Part shown: piece by piece, positions 52,181 to 64,000 of the stretch
How the letters are laid out: the number at the start of each line of letters is the position of its first letter
How positions within the stretch are numbered: the stretch's first letter is position 1
Origin: Isurus oxyrinchus
Taxonomy: Eukaryota
Direction: 5' to 3'
Assembly: GCA_026770705.1 (NCBI GenBank)
Contig: JANJGN010000034.1
Span: forward strand, 4,464,001 to 4,528,000
DNA: 64,000 nucleotides
Program-made: the position numbers and the translations under genes
The notes under the pieces: generated by a model
What the model saw: the letters and a program-made list of their open reading frames with translations, nothing else
Databases searched by the model: none
What the model was told of the DNA's origin: nothing

Positions 52181-53149
52181 GTCATCAATTATGAAATTAG
52201 TACTTCAAAACGCCAATGGACGTCATATTGTTTCACATTCTTTGTGCGATTTAGCTGCAGTTTTGGGGGGATTAGAGAATATGAGTTGGATAATGGATTG
52301 GAAATTGTCGCCCCCTTGATTCGCTCATTGTTGAGCTGACATTTCAAACAACCTTCGAGGTTTAAGGCCAAGTAGCACTGAAGTTGCCTTGTACATTCTG
52401 TGAATGGACATAACAATACGATCATGCACTCTGACTTCTGGGTCTGCCGTAGGTATGCGTCCGAGAATAAAGTAATTGCTGTAATTCAGATTTACATACC
52501 ATCACCCTCCCAATGAGTGATGGAGGGTGGGGTGTCCTTTCTCCTGGAGAAATTGTACCCTGCATTCTTCTACTTTCCATCCAAGTCACAGACCTGTTGA
52601 ACGGTTCCCCACATTTTATGACTCACGCCGGTAGGGATGGGGCGATAACAGACCGCTCTCTGAGGCCTAGTCCTAATTCACAGCAAGGAAATTACAAGCA
52701 ACTTAAAGGCCGCCCTGCCACGGCAAGTTTTTACTGACCTTGTATTTGACCATAACCGTGCATCTACTATATATAATAAAGGATTGCGCATTTTCCAGGC
52801 TGGGCAACTCAGTTAATTTCAAATTTAGCTCATCTTTGTCAAGCATTTCATTCTCCATAGGTGGCAACATTTCTTAAAATAAGCAAGTCACCTTTCTTCT
52901 GGCATGAGGAGTTTTCTATTTATTGTACATTTCCATGCATAGATTTCTGCTCAATTTTAGCAGCGGACAGTCGAGCTAGAAGGGAAAAAGCTTTGTCTAG
53001 ATTCAGTGAGGATGCCCTTGTTCCCATGCTCTGTGTAGCGTATGAGCGACATGAGTAAAACATGCCAAGAACTAGACAAAGGAGGGCCAACAGTTCACAA
53101 AACAGCTTTTGCAGCAGCCGCAATTTGAAGTAATAAAAACACTGCCATA

Positions 53150-53400
53150 GAAGGACAGCAGCCATGTTACTACCATCCATAAGATCATGGCTAGGATAAA
53201 TGGCAGGAGAAAAGTCCTGGTCCCTCAACTGACCACCACCCACCTTCGCTGAGGATTTTCTCCAACTTATTGTGTGATCATCCTTCAGGGCATCCCGTCT
53301 TTGGATGGTGATGTGATGTAGTGCACAGTAAGCCACAAGCATCAGAGGCAGAAGTAAGAGCGTGTAATGCTTTGGACTTCCAAATCTGTCTAGGCAGAGG
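53150..53400 (-). mobile_element. Possible PIF/Harbinger (HARBI1-like) transposase C-terminal remnant
   Basis: ORF text LVAYCALHHITIQRR resembles the C-terminal 'I.ACC.LHN.A..RG' motif of Harbinger transposases. Short match only. Confidence 0.4.
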
Positions 53401-53989
53401 AATCACATTTTTGGTAGACACGTAGAATGTTACACAAGGTGTCTACTAATAGTGATTCCTTCATTACATCATTTATAGCCACTCTGACATTGGGCATTTA
53501 TTCAGCGGATAGCCCCAATGACCTATTACGCATCCCTCCACCCAGATGGAATCTGGTCGAGAGAAAATGATTGCAATGTGTGAGTTCATAAATAAATGTG
53601 TGTTGTGACTGTTGCCCGGGTACCTTTCACATATTTGCCTGATCCATCGATGACCCTCGCAAAACAGCTGCATAACAGTTACATTCATCTTTCACTTTAT
53701 ACTTTGCACTCTCCAGTGAGCAGCCCCAGCAGTCAATACCGGCAAACTGAGACTCTGTTCCGAGCCACAGTTTGAAATACTCCAAATCAAGCTTGCCCTT
53801 GGAAAAAGGGTTGTTCAAAAGATCTAGTCCTCTTTATCAAGGCAAGTTATTACCTCCTAACTGCATCCGAAGATCGGTAGCTAATTAGACAAAATGGCTT
53901 TTGAATAAATATGTAAGCAACGTGGACCTACTCTTTGACCAACAGACTACCATATCATCACAAATCAGCGTGATGACGTCATAAATGGC

Positions 53990-54655
53990 AATCAAAATCT
54001 GTCCTGAAAAGTGTGAGGTGAGACGCTTTGTAACGAGTAATTTAGCATGGATTTAATTAATGAACGACATGACATTAGCAAATACTGATGTACAAAGGGA
54101 ACTTGGCGTCTGTGCCCAGACATCTCTGAATTCAAAGGGATTTGTTAGTGGGATTTTGAAAAAGGCATATGGGTCAATTGTGTTTTTCAATCGAGGCATA
54201 CATTACAAAAGCAGGGAAGCTATGTTGGAGTTGTACAGAAGTTTGAGAGGCCACAGTTGGAGTAGTATGAGCAGTTTTGCTCGCTACATTATAGGAGAGA
54301 AGTGATTGCACGGGAGCGGGTACAAAGCAGATTCACCAGGATGTTACCGGGACTGAAACATTCAAGTTATGAGGAGAGTTCGAATAGGCTTCAGTTGTTT
54401 TCGTTGGAGTGGACAAGACTGAACGGCGACCTCATCGAGGTGTCCAGTATTATGTCGGACTTCGACAGGGTGGATAGGGAGCATCTGTGCCCCTCGGTTG
54501 AAGGATCAGTCACAAGTGGGCATAAGTTCAAGGTGAGGGGAAGGAGAATAGCGGGAATTGATTAAACTCATTTTTATCCAGAGGATGTTCAGTGTCTGTA
54601 ATGCAATCCGTCAGAGCATGCTGGAGACGGGTTGCCTCAGATCTTTTAAACAATT
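53990..54655 (+). mobile_element. CR1 LINE 3' ORF2 fragment
   Basis: ORFs DVQRELGV...KKAYGSIVFFNRGIHYKSREAMLELYRSL and ERVQSRFTRMLPGLKHSSYEE...LFSLEWTRLNGDLIEV, typical of the CR1 ORF2 C-terminus. Confidence 0.9.
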
Positions 54656-54659
54656 CGCT

Positions 54660-56135
54660 GGACTGCAGTGTGCTTGCAGATGAACATACCAGCCAGCACA
54701 TCCTGAGAGAGACACAGGCAGTGGGCATTCAGAATTTGCTGAAAAGTGGCAATTGAACTGTTTATTCTCTCCCTTTAATTTCTCATTTTTCTTAAGTTCA
54801 GAAGTTTTGTTAAAAGATTGTTAAAGTAGCTTAAGCAGCTGACTGTGTGACACTTAACACTGAATTACTTGGAGCCTGATTAGGGCCTGAATAGTGTTAA
54901 TTACTATTTGACGCTTAACTAGTGGACAGTCAGCTCAGTTCCATTTAACAAATAAACTATATGAAAGCGCACTACAGTGTGCTTGCACAAGAAAAGGCAT
55001 CATGAAAGAACATCCTGTGTAGGACACAGTCAGAGTGGGCATTCAGAATTTGGTGCAAGGCCGGAATTCAGTGCATAGGGCACAAGGTTCCCTTTGCAAT
55101 TTTCCTTGTTATGCAACATATGTCTTCAGGGCGAGCTGCAGCAGGAAAGGCTACAAGTGAGAAGAATCACCACTAAGTAGTGGGTAAGCTATCGACTACA
55201 TTAATTGCTTAAAGTTTAAGGTCTTATTGTTGTTTACAGTTTGTATATTCTGAAGTAACGAGGATCAGGAAAGATGGTCCCTCGAGTAATTTTCTTAACA
55301 TTTTTAATGTAAAGGGATATGTCATGGCGGGAGCGCTCAGATGCATGATTTACACCTCGTGTTCCATGTGGAATCTGGTGTCCGGGATCAGCATGTGTTC
55401 AGGAAGTGTGTCCAGCTGCAGCTCGTCGAATCTCGCGTTTCAGAGCTGGAAAGGCAGCTGGGGACACGGTGATACATCCACGAGTCTGAGTGCATTGTGG
55501 ATAGCATGGTTAGAGATGAAGTCACAACGCAGATAAAGGGAAGTGAGGAACGAAGCGAATTGCTGACCACGAGGCAGTCCAGGAGAAAGAGGCAGGTAGC
55601 TGAAGTATCCCTTGCCACCCAGAAGCAAATCGGTATTCTGTTTGTGAGGCTGATTATTACACTGGTTCCTCCATGCAGTGCAGACAGAGCCAACCTACTG
55701 GCCCCAAAAGCAGCCTGTCTATAGAGGAGGGGAGGAACGGCAGAGCAGATAGCCGCTACTGTGGCTGTAAGCGCGACTCCAGGATGGTAGGTTGCATCCA
55801 TGGTCTGGGATGTTGCTGAATGGCTGCAAGGAATCCTGAAATGGTATGGTGATAAGGGGGAGGTCATTGAGCATGTTGATTCTAATGACAGAGATAGTAA
55901 GAGGGATGACGTCTTCCATCAATAATTCAGGCAGGTAGGCAATAGATTACAAAGCAAGACCGCTATGGCAGTAACTTCTTCATTAATCCCAATGCAACTT
56001 GCTGGCGAGCTGAGGAATAGGAGAACAGCACAGATGAATATGTGACTTAAGAGTTGGTGCAGGAGCGATAGTTTTAGATTTCTGGATCACTGGGACCCTT
56101 TCTGGGGAATGTGGGAACTGTAAAAGCAGGACAGT
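54660..56135 (+). mobile_element. CR1 LINE 5' UTR and first part of ORF1 (Cys-rich head, zipper, SGNH-esterase-like domain)
   Basis: MAGALRCMIYTSCSMW at 55324, then caggaagtgtgtccagctgcagctc (RKCVQLQL), gatgttgctgaatggctgcaaggaatcctg (DVAEWLQGIL) and FRFLDHWDPFWG.W near 56075. Confidence 0.8.
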
Positions 56136-59100
56136 ATAAATTAGAAATAGAATATTCGAAAAAGGCAGCAAGTCAGGCAGCATCTACCTGAAAAGTAACT
56201 AATGAAAAATAGAAAGGAAGGTGAAATATGAAATATACGATGGAGTAAGAGGGGATGGGACAGGTAGAGCTGGATAGCGGTTAGTAGTAGATGGAAATGG
56301 GCAAAATATGTCCTATATAAAAGGACAAAAAGATATTGACGGTGGTGATATGAGCTAAGACATATGCTAATGGTGATGTTAAGGGTAGAAAGCAGGACCG
56401 GCAAGGAACACGTAGCCCTAATGGGGGTTTAGGTTGGGGGGGGGGGGGGGGGGTGGGGGGGGGGGGGAGGGATCTCAAAAAGGAAAAGATAAAAAAATGC
56501 GTGCAAATATATTTAAAAATAATTTAAACGTGAGGAAAAGAAAGTATATACATCAATTATTGGCAAAAGGGGGATAGGATATAAATCAATATTCAGTCTA
56601 GAAGGCTGTAAAGTGCCGACTTTCTTTTGAACTTCACTGGAGCATTGCAGCAGGTCATGGATGGATATGTCGACATCAGAGCAGGGTGGTGTGTTGAAAC
56701 GGCAAGTGATGTTGAGGTCTGGTTCAGGCTCGATGACAGACTGAAGGTGTTCCAAAAGTGCTCACCCTGTCTAGCTTTGGTCTCTCCAATGTGGAGGAAA
56801 CCGTATTGGGTATAGCGAATTCAGATGACTAAATTGAGGGAAGTGCAAGTGAAAGGCTGCTTCTTTTGAAAGTCGTGTTTGAACAATTCGACATTGAAGA
56901 GGGGGCCATGTAATGGGGCAGGTATTGTACCTTCTGTGGATCAATGGAAAGCTTTCGTTGGAGGAGCTTGAGGTGTAGAAGGTAATTTAGGAGAGGACCA
57001 GGGTTTCCTGGAGGCAAGCATCCCTGTGGAATAACGCCATGGGAGTGGAAAGGGAAGATGTGTTTGGTGATGGCATCATGCTGGAGTTGGCGAAAATGGC
57101 AGAGGATGATCATTTTTAAGTGGTGATAAGTGAGGGAAAGGGACACCCTACCATGATTCCGGGAGTGTGCAGAAGCGGGGAGGGGATGCTCAGGAGATGT
57201 ACGGAAAATGGTTGAAGGCCATGTCAACTAACATGGGCCAAAAACCTCGGTTAAGCAAGAAGGCTGAGGAATTATTTTTTAAAGTGGCATCATCAGAAAA
57301 CATGGGACGGAGGCCACTGATCTGAGAGAATAGGATGAATTCCTTACAGGAAGCGGGGTGTTTGGAGCTGTTGGCAAGGTAGCTGGGGGTCGGTAGGCTT
57401 GGAATGAACATTGGTATACCGTCTATTACCAGAGGTTGAAACAGAGACGTCAAGAAGGCAAGGGAAGTGTCTGAAATGAATCAGGTGAAAATGATGGAGG
57501 GGTGAAATTTGGAAGCACTGTACTGGATGTACTGGAGAAAGAGTTTTGTGTGCGGGGGCGGGGGGGGGGGGGGGGTGTGGGGGGGCGGTGGTCGGGGGTG
57601 GGCGGTGCTGTTGTAGGATTGGAACAAGAAATGCTCCACATATCCCATAAAGAGACAGGCATAACTGGGTCCAATGCAGGTACCATTAGCCACTTATTTT
57701 ACTTGGAGGAGCTGAGAGGAGATTTCGGAGAAATTGCCCAGTGAGAGAAAAAGACCAGCCAGATGGAGGAGAGTAGTGGTGGACAGTGATTGTTCATGCC
57801 TCTGTTGGAAAAGAAGCAGAGAGCCTGCAGACCTCCCGGTGGGTGATGTATGTGTAAAGGGATTGGACGTCCATGGGGAAGAGGAGGCGTTTGGCAGCAA
57901 GGAACTGGGAATTGTTCAAGTGATGTAGGGTACCAGAAGAATCGCGGATATAGTTTGGACGAGTTTGGACAAGGGGAGAGAAAATCGAGGCAAGATATGC
58001 GGAACTGTGTTCCGTGGGGCAGGAAGAAACTGGCACAATCGGCCTGCCAGAAAGGCCTGATTGTGGATTTTGGGAAGGAGGTAGTATTGGACCATCCGAG
58101 GTTGGGAGACTATGAGTTAGGAAGTTGTGGAGGGAAGATCTCTAGAGTGTTTGAGGTCAGTGAAAGTCTTGGACAAAATGGTTTGATGTTCAGTGGTGGG
58201 GTCATGGTCGAGGCAATGTTAGGAGGAACAGTGTGTGAGTTGACGGTCAGCCTCAGAGAGGTAGCTGTCAGTGTGCCAGACAACATATGCCCCATCCTTA
58301 ACAGCAGGTTTGATGACAATGTCAGGTTTGGACGTGAGAGGACAGAGTGCTTAAATTTCCAGGAGAGTCCAGTTCGATTGGTCAGAGGAGCAGTGAAAAT
58401 GAGATGACTGATTTCCTGCTGAGAATTATCAGTGAAAAATCAAGAGCAGATAAGAATCCAGAAGGAGGGATCCCCATGGAGGGAGAATATTAGAGGCGGG
58501 TAAAAGGAACCATTGCAAGTGTTGAGGACTCCTGCGCAATGAAGTGAGCATGGAGATGAAGGCAGAGAAAGAAGAGTTCAGCATCTTGCGAAACTCGAAA
58601 ATCATTCAGATGAGCATGTAAGGTTATGAAACTGATTCCTTTAATGAGCACTGAACTTTGAACATCAGAGAGGGGAAGGGCATGGGATTGGGTAAAGCCA
58701 CACCCACGGATAGGATTGGAAGACGGGATGGGGACACAGGGAATGGGATGTGTGGAGGTTCTTGGATGTGTGTTGGTGTCGATGAGTTATTGGAGCTTGC
58801 GTTGCTTTGCACCTGAAAGAAAGAGACACAGTACCTTGTTGAGGCTTTGGATGAGAAGAAGAATAAAATTAAACTGTGGGCAAGGGCTGTTAGAAATAGG
58901 GTGCTTCGCTGCTGCTGGAGGAAGAGATGGAGTGTGTTCATATGGCGGGTCAGTACTCTGAGTGTGGATCTCAGGATGCTATGAGAACAGGAGTCTGAGG
59001 AGTGTTGTATGACCCGGAGATACCTTTAATCCTGGGTGGGTTCCAACCATGAGGGATAGAATTTCATTTGAATGCCACTTGGGGTAATTTGGAGAGAGAG

Positions 59101-59290
59101 ACTGTCACTGAGGATGGAAATATGACTGTGTATGCGACTTTTAGTAAATACCTTATCAAACACCAGGAGAGAAATGGAAAGCAATGAAGGTAAACAGGGC
59201 AATGGTGAGAGGCAGAAATCCTGCCGGCGAGAAGTGCATTGCTCTTACAAGCTATACTTCCCTTTAAGTGAAGTTGCAGTCAATAAAGCA
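56136..59290 (-). mobile_element. Penelope-like retroelement (RT + GIY-YIG), decayed
   Basis: Minus-strand ORFs LLFPMDVQSLYTYITH (RT) and MANGTCIGPSYACLFMGYVEH (RT). A GIY-YIG-like segment CTSLNLVI.IRYTQYGFLHIGETKARQGEHF lies at ~56755-56850. Confidence 0.85.
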
Positions 59291-59294
59291 CTAA

Positions 59295-61479
59295 GGAAAA
59301 AGCAAAAAAAACTGCAGATGGTGGAAATCCAAAAGAAACACAAAAATACCTGGAAAACAACAATGCCTAGATGAATACAGTTAACGTTTCGAGTCTGAAT
59401 GACTCTTCAGCAGAAAAATAGAAAAGAGGTAAAATATAAGCTTGTTTAAGGATGAGGGTGTGGGGGCAGAAAGGGAGAGCCTGGCAGACGATCGTGCCAA
59501 GTTGTTACTGAGCCACAGAACTCATTTCCTGCTATCTTGACTCGATTCGCTCTCCTTTTGTCAAGTCTCTTCCCACCTGCATCCCGGATTCCTCTAATGC
59601 CCTACATTATATCAACCTGGTACCCTGGCCCCAACCGCCTCCTCTTCTCCATGGACATCCAACCGCTCTACACCTCCATCCCCCACTTGGATGGGCTAAG
59701 GGCTCTCCGCTTCCTCCTCGAACAGTGGTTCTAACGATGTTCATCCACCACTACCCTCCTCTCTCACTGAACAATTTCACCTTCAGCTCCTCTCATTTCC
59801 TCCAAAGAGAAGCTCTGTCTATTGCTACCTTCTTTGGACCCCAGTTTGCCTTTCTCTTTTTGGGCTACTTTTCCAGCCCTGGAACAACTGCCTCCCACAT
59901 CTCTTTCTCCAGTACATCGACGACTGTTTCAATACTGCTTCATGATCTCATCTGGAACTGCAAAAAAATATTAATTTCGCTTCAAATTTCCAACCTTCTT
60001 TCATGTTAACATGGTTGATCTCTGACAAATCCTTGATCTCTCTGTTTCCATTTCTGTTGATAGACCAATATTCTTTACGAGCCTAGCAACTCCCACAACT
60101 TGGTACATGTACGACAGCCTCTCACACCCCGCTTCCTGTAAGGACTCCATCCCATTCTGTAAGTTCCTGTGCCTCCTTCGCATGTGTTCTGAAGAGGCCA
60201 TTTTCAAAAGCACTTCCTCGGACATGCCTTCTTCTTACTTTACCGAGGTTTTCCATTCACGGTGGTTGATGTGGCCCTCAACCATGCCCGGCCCATCTTA
60301 TCGCGTCCGCCCTCACACCTTCCCCTCAATCTCAGAACCCCTGTTCACACTTTCCCCCCCCAGCAAACTCCGCATTCAAAATATCATCTTCTGCTATTTC
60401 CACCAACTTCACCATCATGCCAGCATCAAAGACATCTTCCCTTCACACTCACTGGCGGCCTATCACAGCTATCATCCCCTCTCGGACAACGAAGTTCAGT
60501 CATCCATCACTCCTTACACATCAAACCCCTACCAACGCACCTTTCGTGCAACCACAGAAGCTGCAATAGCTGCCCCTAAACTACACCCCCCCCCTCCCGG
60601 CACCATCACCGTCCCAGGGCCCTAACACTCCTTCCAAGTGAAGCAGCATTTCACTTGTACTTCCCTCAATTAAGTGTACTGAATTTGCTGCTGCCAATGC
60701 AGTTTCCTGTACATTGGAGGCAGCAAACGGACACTGGATCACCACTTTTCAGAACACCTTTGGTCTCATCACAAACCTGACTCAGACCTCCCTGTCGCTT
60801 GCCATTTCAACACTCCACCCTGCTCTCATACTCACATGTCTGTTCTTTGCCTGCAGCCATACTCCAGTGAAGCTCAAAGCAAAGAGCAGGAAAAATAGCT
60901 CAACTTCCGACAGAGCTCTTTACAGTCTTCTGGACTGAATGTTGAGTTCAACAACTTGAGATCATGACCTCTCTCCTCCATCCCTACCTACTTTCTGTTT
61001 CCCCTTTTGTCAATAATTTACATATCTTCCTCACCTATTTCAATGATTGTTTAATGTATTTCCATCCATTGCTTTATCTCTAAGTTTTTGCCTATTTCGA
61101 TCCCTCCCTCAACCCACCCCCACTATCTGCACCTTGCACGTCCTGCTTTCTACTCTTAATGTCAACATTACCACTTTTCTTAGGTAATATCAGCACCGTC
61201 AACAGCTCTTTGTCCTTTTGTCTATAACATTCTTTGGCAATAATCACGTATCGCTTTCTTTCTATCCAGCTCTAACTGTCCGACCTCCCCCAACCCCCGT
61301 TCCCCACCTTATACCTGCTTATATTTCACCTCTTTTCTGTTTTTCCTTGATTGATGAAGCATCATTCGTGCTCGAAACGTATTATTTTCCCTCGCTGCAC
61401 ATGTTATCAAACCTGCTGAGTTTGTGCAGGTATTTTTGACTGTGTTTTGGATTTACAGCATCCGCAGTTTTTTTCCCTT
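59295..61479 (+). mobile_element. Second Penelope-like retroelement, 5'-truncated, with inverted terminal segment
   Basis: ORFs GPNRLLFSMDIQPLYTSIPHLDGLRALRFLLEQ and SHPASCKDSIPFCKFLCLLRMCSEE, GIY-YIG-like region at ~60650-60780. 59295-59350 is the approximate reverse complement of 61425-61480. Confidence 0.85.
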
Positions 61480-64000
61480 TTACATCTGAACCACAGGGGG
61501 ATTAATATTCTTGCGGGTGGATTTCCTAGTGCTGTTGGGAGGGGTTTAAACTAATTCGGTAGGGGGAGGGACAAAAAACTGTTAGGAAAATAGGGACACA
61601 TCATAATACAGTAAAACAATCAAGTCAGGTGGATTACAGCTGCAATAAGCTTCGAGGGAGTAAGCCAAGGCTGGATGGCTTCTTTTTTAATGCCAGTAGG
61701 ATTACAACTAAAACGGATGAGTGAATTGTCAGGATTAACACTTGGCAGTGTGATACAGTAGCCATCACTGAGAATTGAATCATGGAAGTGAATGATTGGG
61801 AGCTCAACATTCCGGGATAGAAAATCTTCTGTCAAGACAGTGGAGTAGGCAAATGAGGAGCAGGCATTGCTGTATAAGTTATGGAGTCGTCACTGCAGTA
61901 AGTAGAGCCCATATGTTCGAGGGAGCATCCACGAAAATTTGTGGTTAGAGATTTCGAATAAGAAAGGTGCAACAACATTATTAGCAGTTTTTCGATAGAC
62001 CCCCAGGTAGTCAGAGGGAAATTTAGGAGCACATATGTGTACACGTTGTGGAATTGTGTAAAAATAATAGCAGTACGGGCATTTCTACTTTGCCAACATT
62101 AATTGGGGCTGACAAATTGTTAAGTGCTTGGGTAGTGGATTTCTTCAAATGTGTAAAGCAGAATGTTTAGATCAATATGTAGATTGTCCAGCAAGTGGCG
62201 GTACATTACTCGACTTAATTCTAGGGAATGAATCCAGACAGGTGGCTGAGGAGCTGGTGGGCGAGCATCTTAGCAGTAACGACCACAACATGATGAATTC
62301 TAAGTTAGTATTGGACAAAGAAATCAATAGCTTGCAAAAAAAAAAAAATGATTCGGGTTGGGGAAAGTGGATTTTAGTAAAACAAGGCAGCACCAGGCCA
62401 AGTTAGGGAAATGTTACTTGTTGTGAGCTCTACAGAAAAACTGTTGTGGCAGTTGAAAAATGAAATGGAGCAGGCACAGGCTCACCATGTTACCTCCAGG
62501 GTGATAGGAAGTACTAACAAGCCCAGTATAGCATGGATGGCTTGATATATTCAGACTGTGATGAGAAACAAAATATAGGCTTTTAGCAGGGGAAAGGGAA
62601 GCAACTCAGCAAAAGCATTAGTGGAGTACAGACAGTGTAGGGTGCAGGTTAAGAAAACAATTTGGAGTGCAAATGCGGAAAGGAGAATGCTGTGGCAGGT
62701 AAAAGTAGGGAAAATTCCAAGATAAATTATCAGTATTACAATGGGAATATGATAATCAGCGAAATAGTAGGGTCCTTATGGGGCCAAGGGAGCAATATAT
62801 TGGTAGAGCCAAAGGAAATCGCTAGAGAATTCAATGAATACTTCACCTCCATCTTTACCCAAGAGAATGAGAATGGAGGTTTCGAACTCGGGGAGAGAGA
62901 CTGCGAGCTTCTTATGCAAATTGATCTAGGGAGTGACAAGGTATTGCAGCCATAAATTTGGACACATCTCCAGATCCCGGTTATTAGTGTCCCAGACTGC
63001 AGAGGTAGGCAAAGGAGGAGATCGCAGTGGCTCTGACACGAATTATTACATGCTCTCCCGCCACGGGGGAGGTGCCAGACGTTTGGAGATCCGTTGATGC
63101 GGTTCTGCTCTTTAACAAAGGTTGTAGAGATAAGTCAGGGAAATTCAGGGAAGTGGGCCTCAAATCAGTGGCAGGGAATCTTTTGTAGAAAGTTCTGAAG
63201 GTGAGTATCTATCTCCACTTGGAGAGCCAACGTTTTATAAGGGATAGCCAGCATGACTTTCTCAGAGTGAGATCATGTCTATCAAATTTGTTTATTTTTT
63301 TTGAGGAGGTGACCAAGTGTGTAGATGAGAGTAGAGCAAATGATGCAGTTTATATCCATCTGAGTGAAGACTTTGACAATGCCCCACATGGGATATTTAT
63401 AAAGAAGGCAACTGCACATGGGACAAAGGGTATTTTGATAAGATAGATTCAAATTTTGCTTAGTTGTCGGAAGCAGAGTGTGATGACAGAAGGATGCTTT
63501 ATTTATTGGAAGCCATTGATGATTTGCGTAACACAGGGCTCTGTGTTCGGTCCCCTCATCATTTATCATTTATATAAATGACATAAATGCTTCCTTCGGG
63601 ATTGGACCAGTGTGCTTGCGGGTGACAAAAATATTGGCCGGTTTGTTGAATGTGAGGTTCAGTGAATTGCGATACAGGAAGATATAGTCATGATGATTAA
63701 ATGTGCAGATAAGTAGGAGTTGGAATTTAACCCTGAAAATTGCGAGCTGATACACTTTGGATGGATTATCTGACAAGGATGTATTCAATGAAAGGTTTGG
63801 CACTAGGACGTTTCGAGGAACACAGGGACCTTGGCGCTTGTGTCCATATATATCTGCAGACAGGGGGGCACATTAGTGGCGTGATGAAAAGGTCATATGG
63901 GGCAAGTGCCTTTATTATTCGAGCTGTAGTTTACAAAAGTAGGGAGGACAAGTTGGAGTTTTAAGAAACTTTGCGATGCCATAGCTGGAGTGCTGTGTAA
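61480..64000 (+). mobile_element. Continuation of the CR1 at 54660: end of ORF1 and decayed ORF2 (endonuclease + RT)
   Basis: LHLNHRGINILAGGFPSAVGRGLN* (61480-61554), then LDQYVDCPASGGTLLDLILGNE...SSNDHNMM (endonuclease) and IRDSQHDFLRVRSCLSNLFIFFEEVTKCVDE (RT). Runs off the window end. Confidence 0.9.

Noticed and set aside
1-64000. Prokaryotic systems (operons, CRISPR, retrons) or intact tRNA/rRNA genes
   Set aside because: The sequence is intron- and retroelement-rich vertebrate DNA. RT motifs belong to CR1/HER1/Penelope-like elements and tRNA-like boxes to SINE heads.

Overview
Vertebrate genomic DNA, most likely from a cartilaginous fish: it carries HE1-type SINEs, HER1-type LINEs, CR1 LINEs and Penelope-like elements, plus microsatellites and one 207-N gap. 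The supplied ORF track is mostly noise or decayed retroelement fragments. The main signal is hidden from it: a + strand gene segment built from about 24 symmetric phase-1 micro-exons (about 20 with usable splice sites, at least 4 decayed) spread over 1.2-52.2 kb. They mostly alternate 36 nt and 27 nt, so each pair gives 12+9 = 21 aa, or three heptads. Spliced together they encode a long E/K-rich predicted coiled coil with a Cys at a core 'd' position every 21 residues (ELNICKTSLKVL-EKKLKDKDD-ELKACKQALNDL-...). The exons sit in a tandemly duplicated four-exon cassette (A-B-C-D) whose intron sequence is still homologous, and some copies are decaying. The start and any other domains of the gene are not visible here, so its identity is unknown. 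The right end holds a near full-length CR1 whose ORF1 is split by a 5.3-kb pair of oppositely oriented Penelope-like elements. Exon coordinates were counted by hand; repeat boundaries are approximate.
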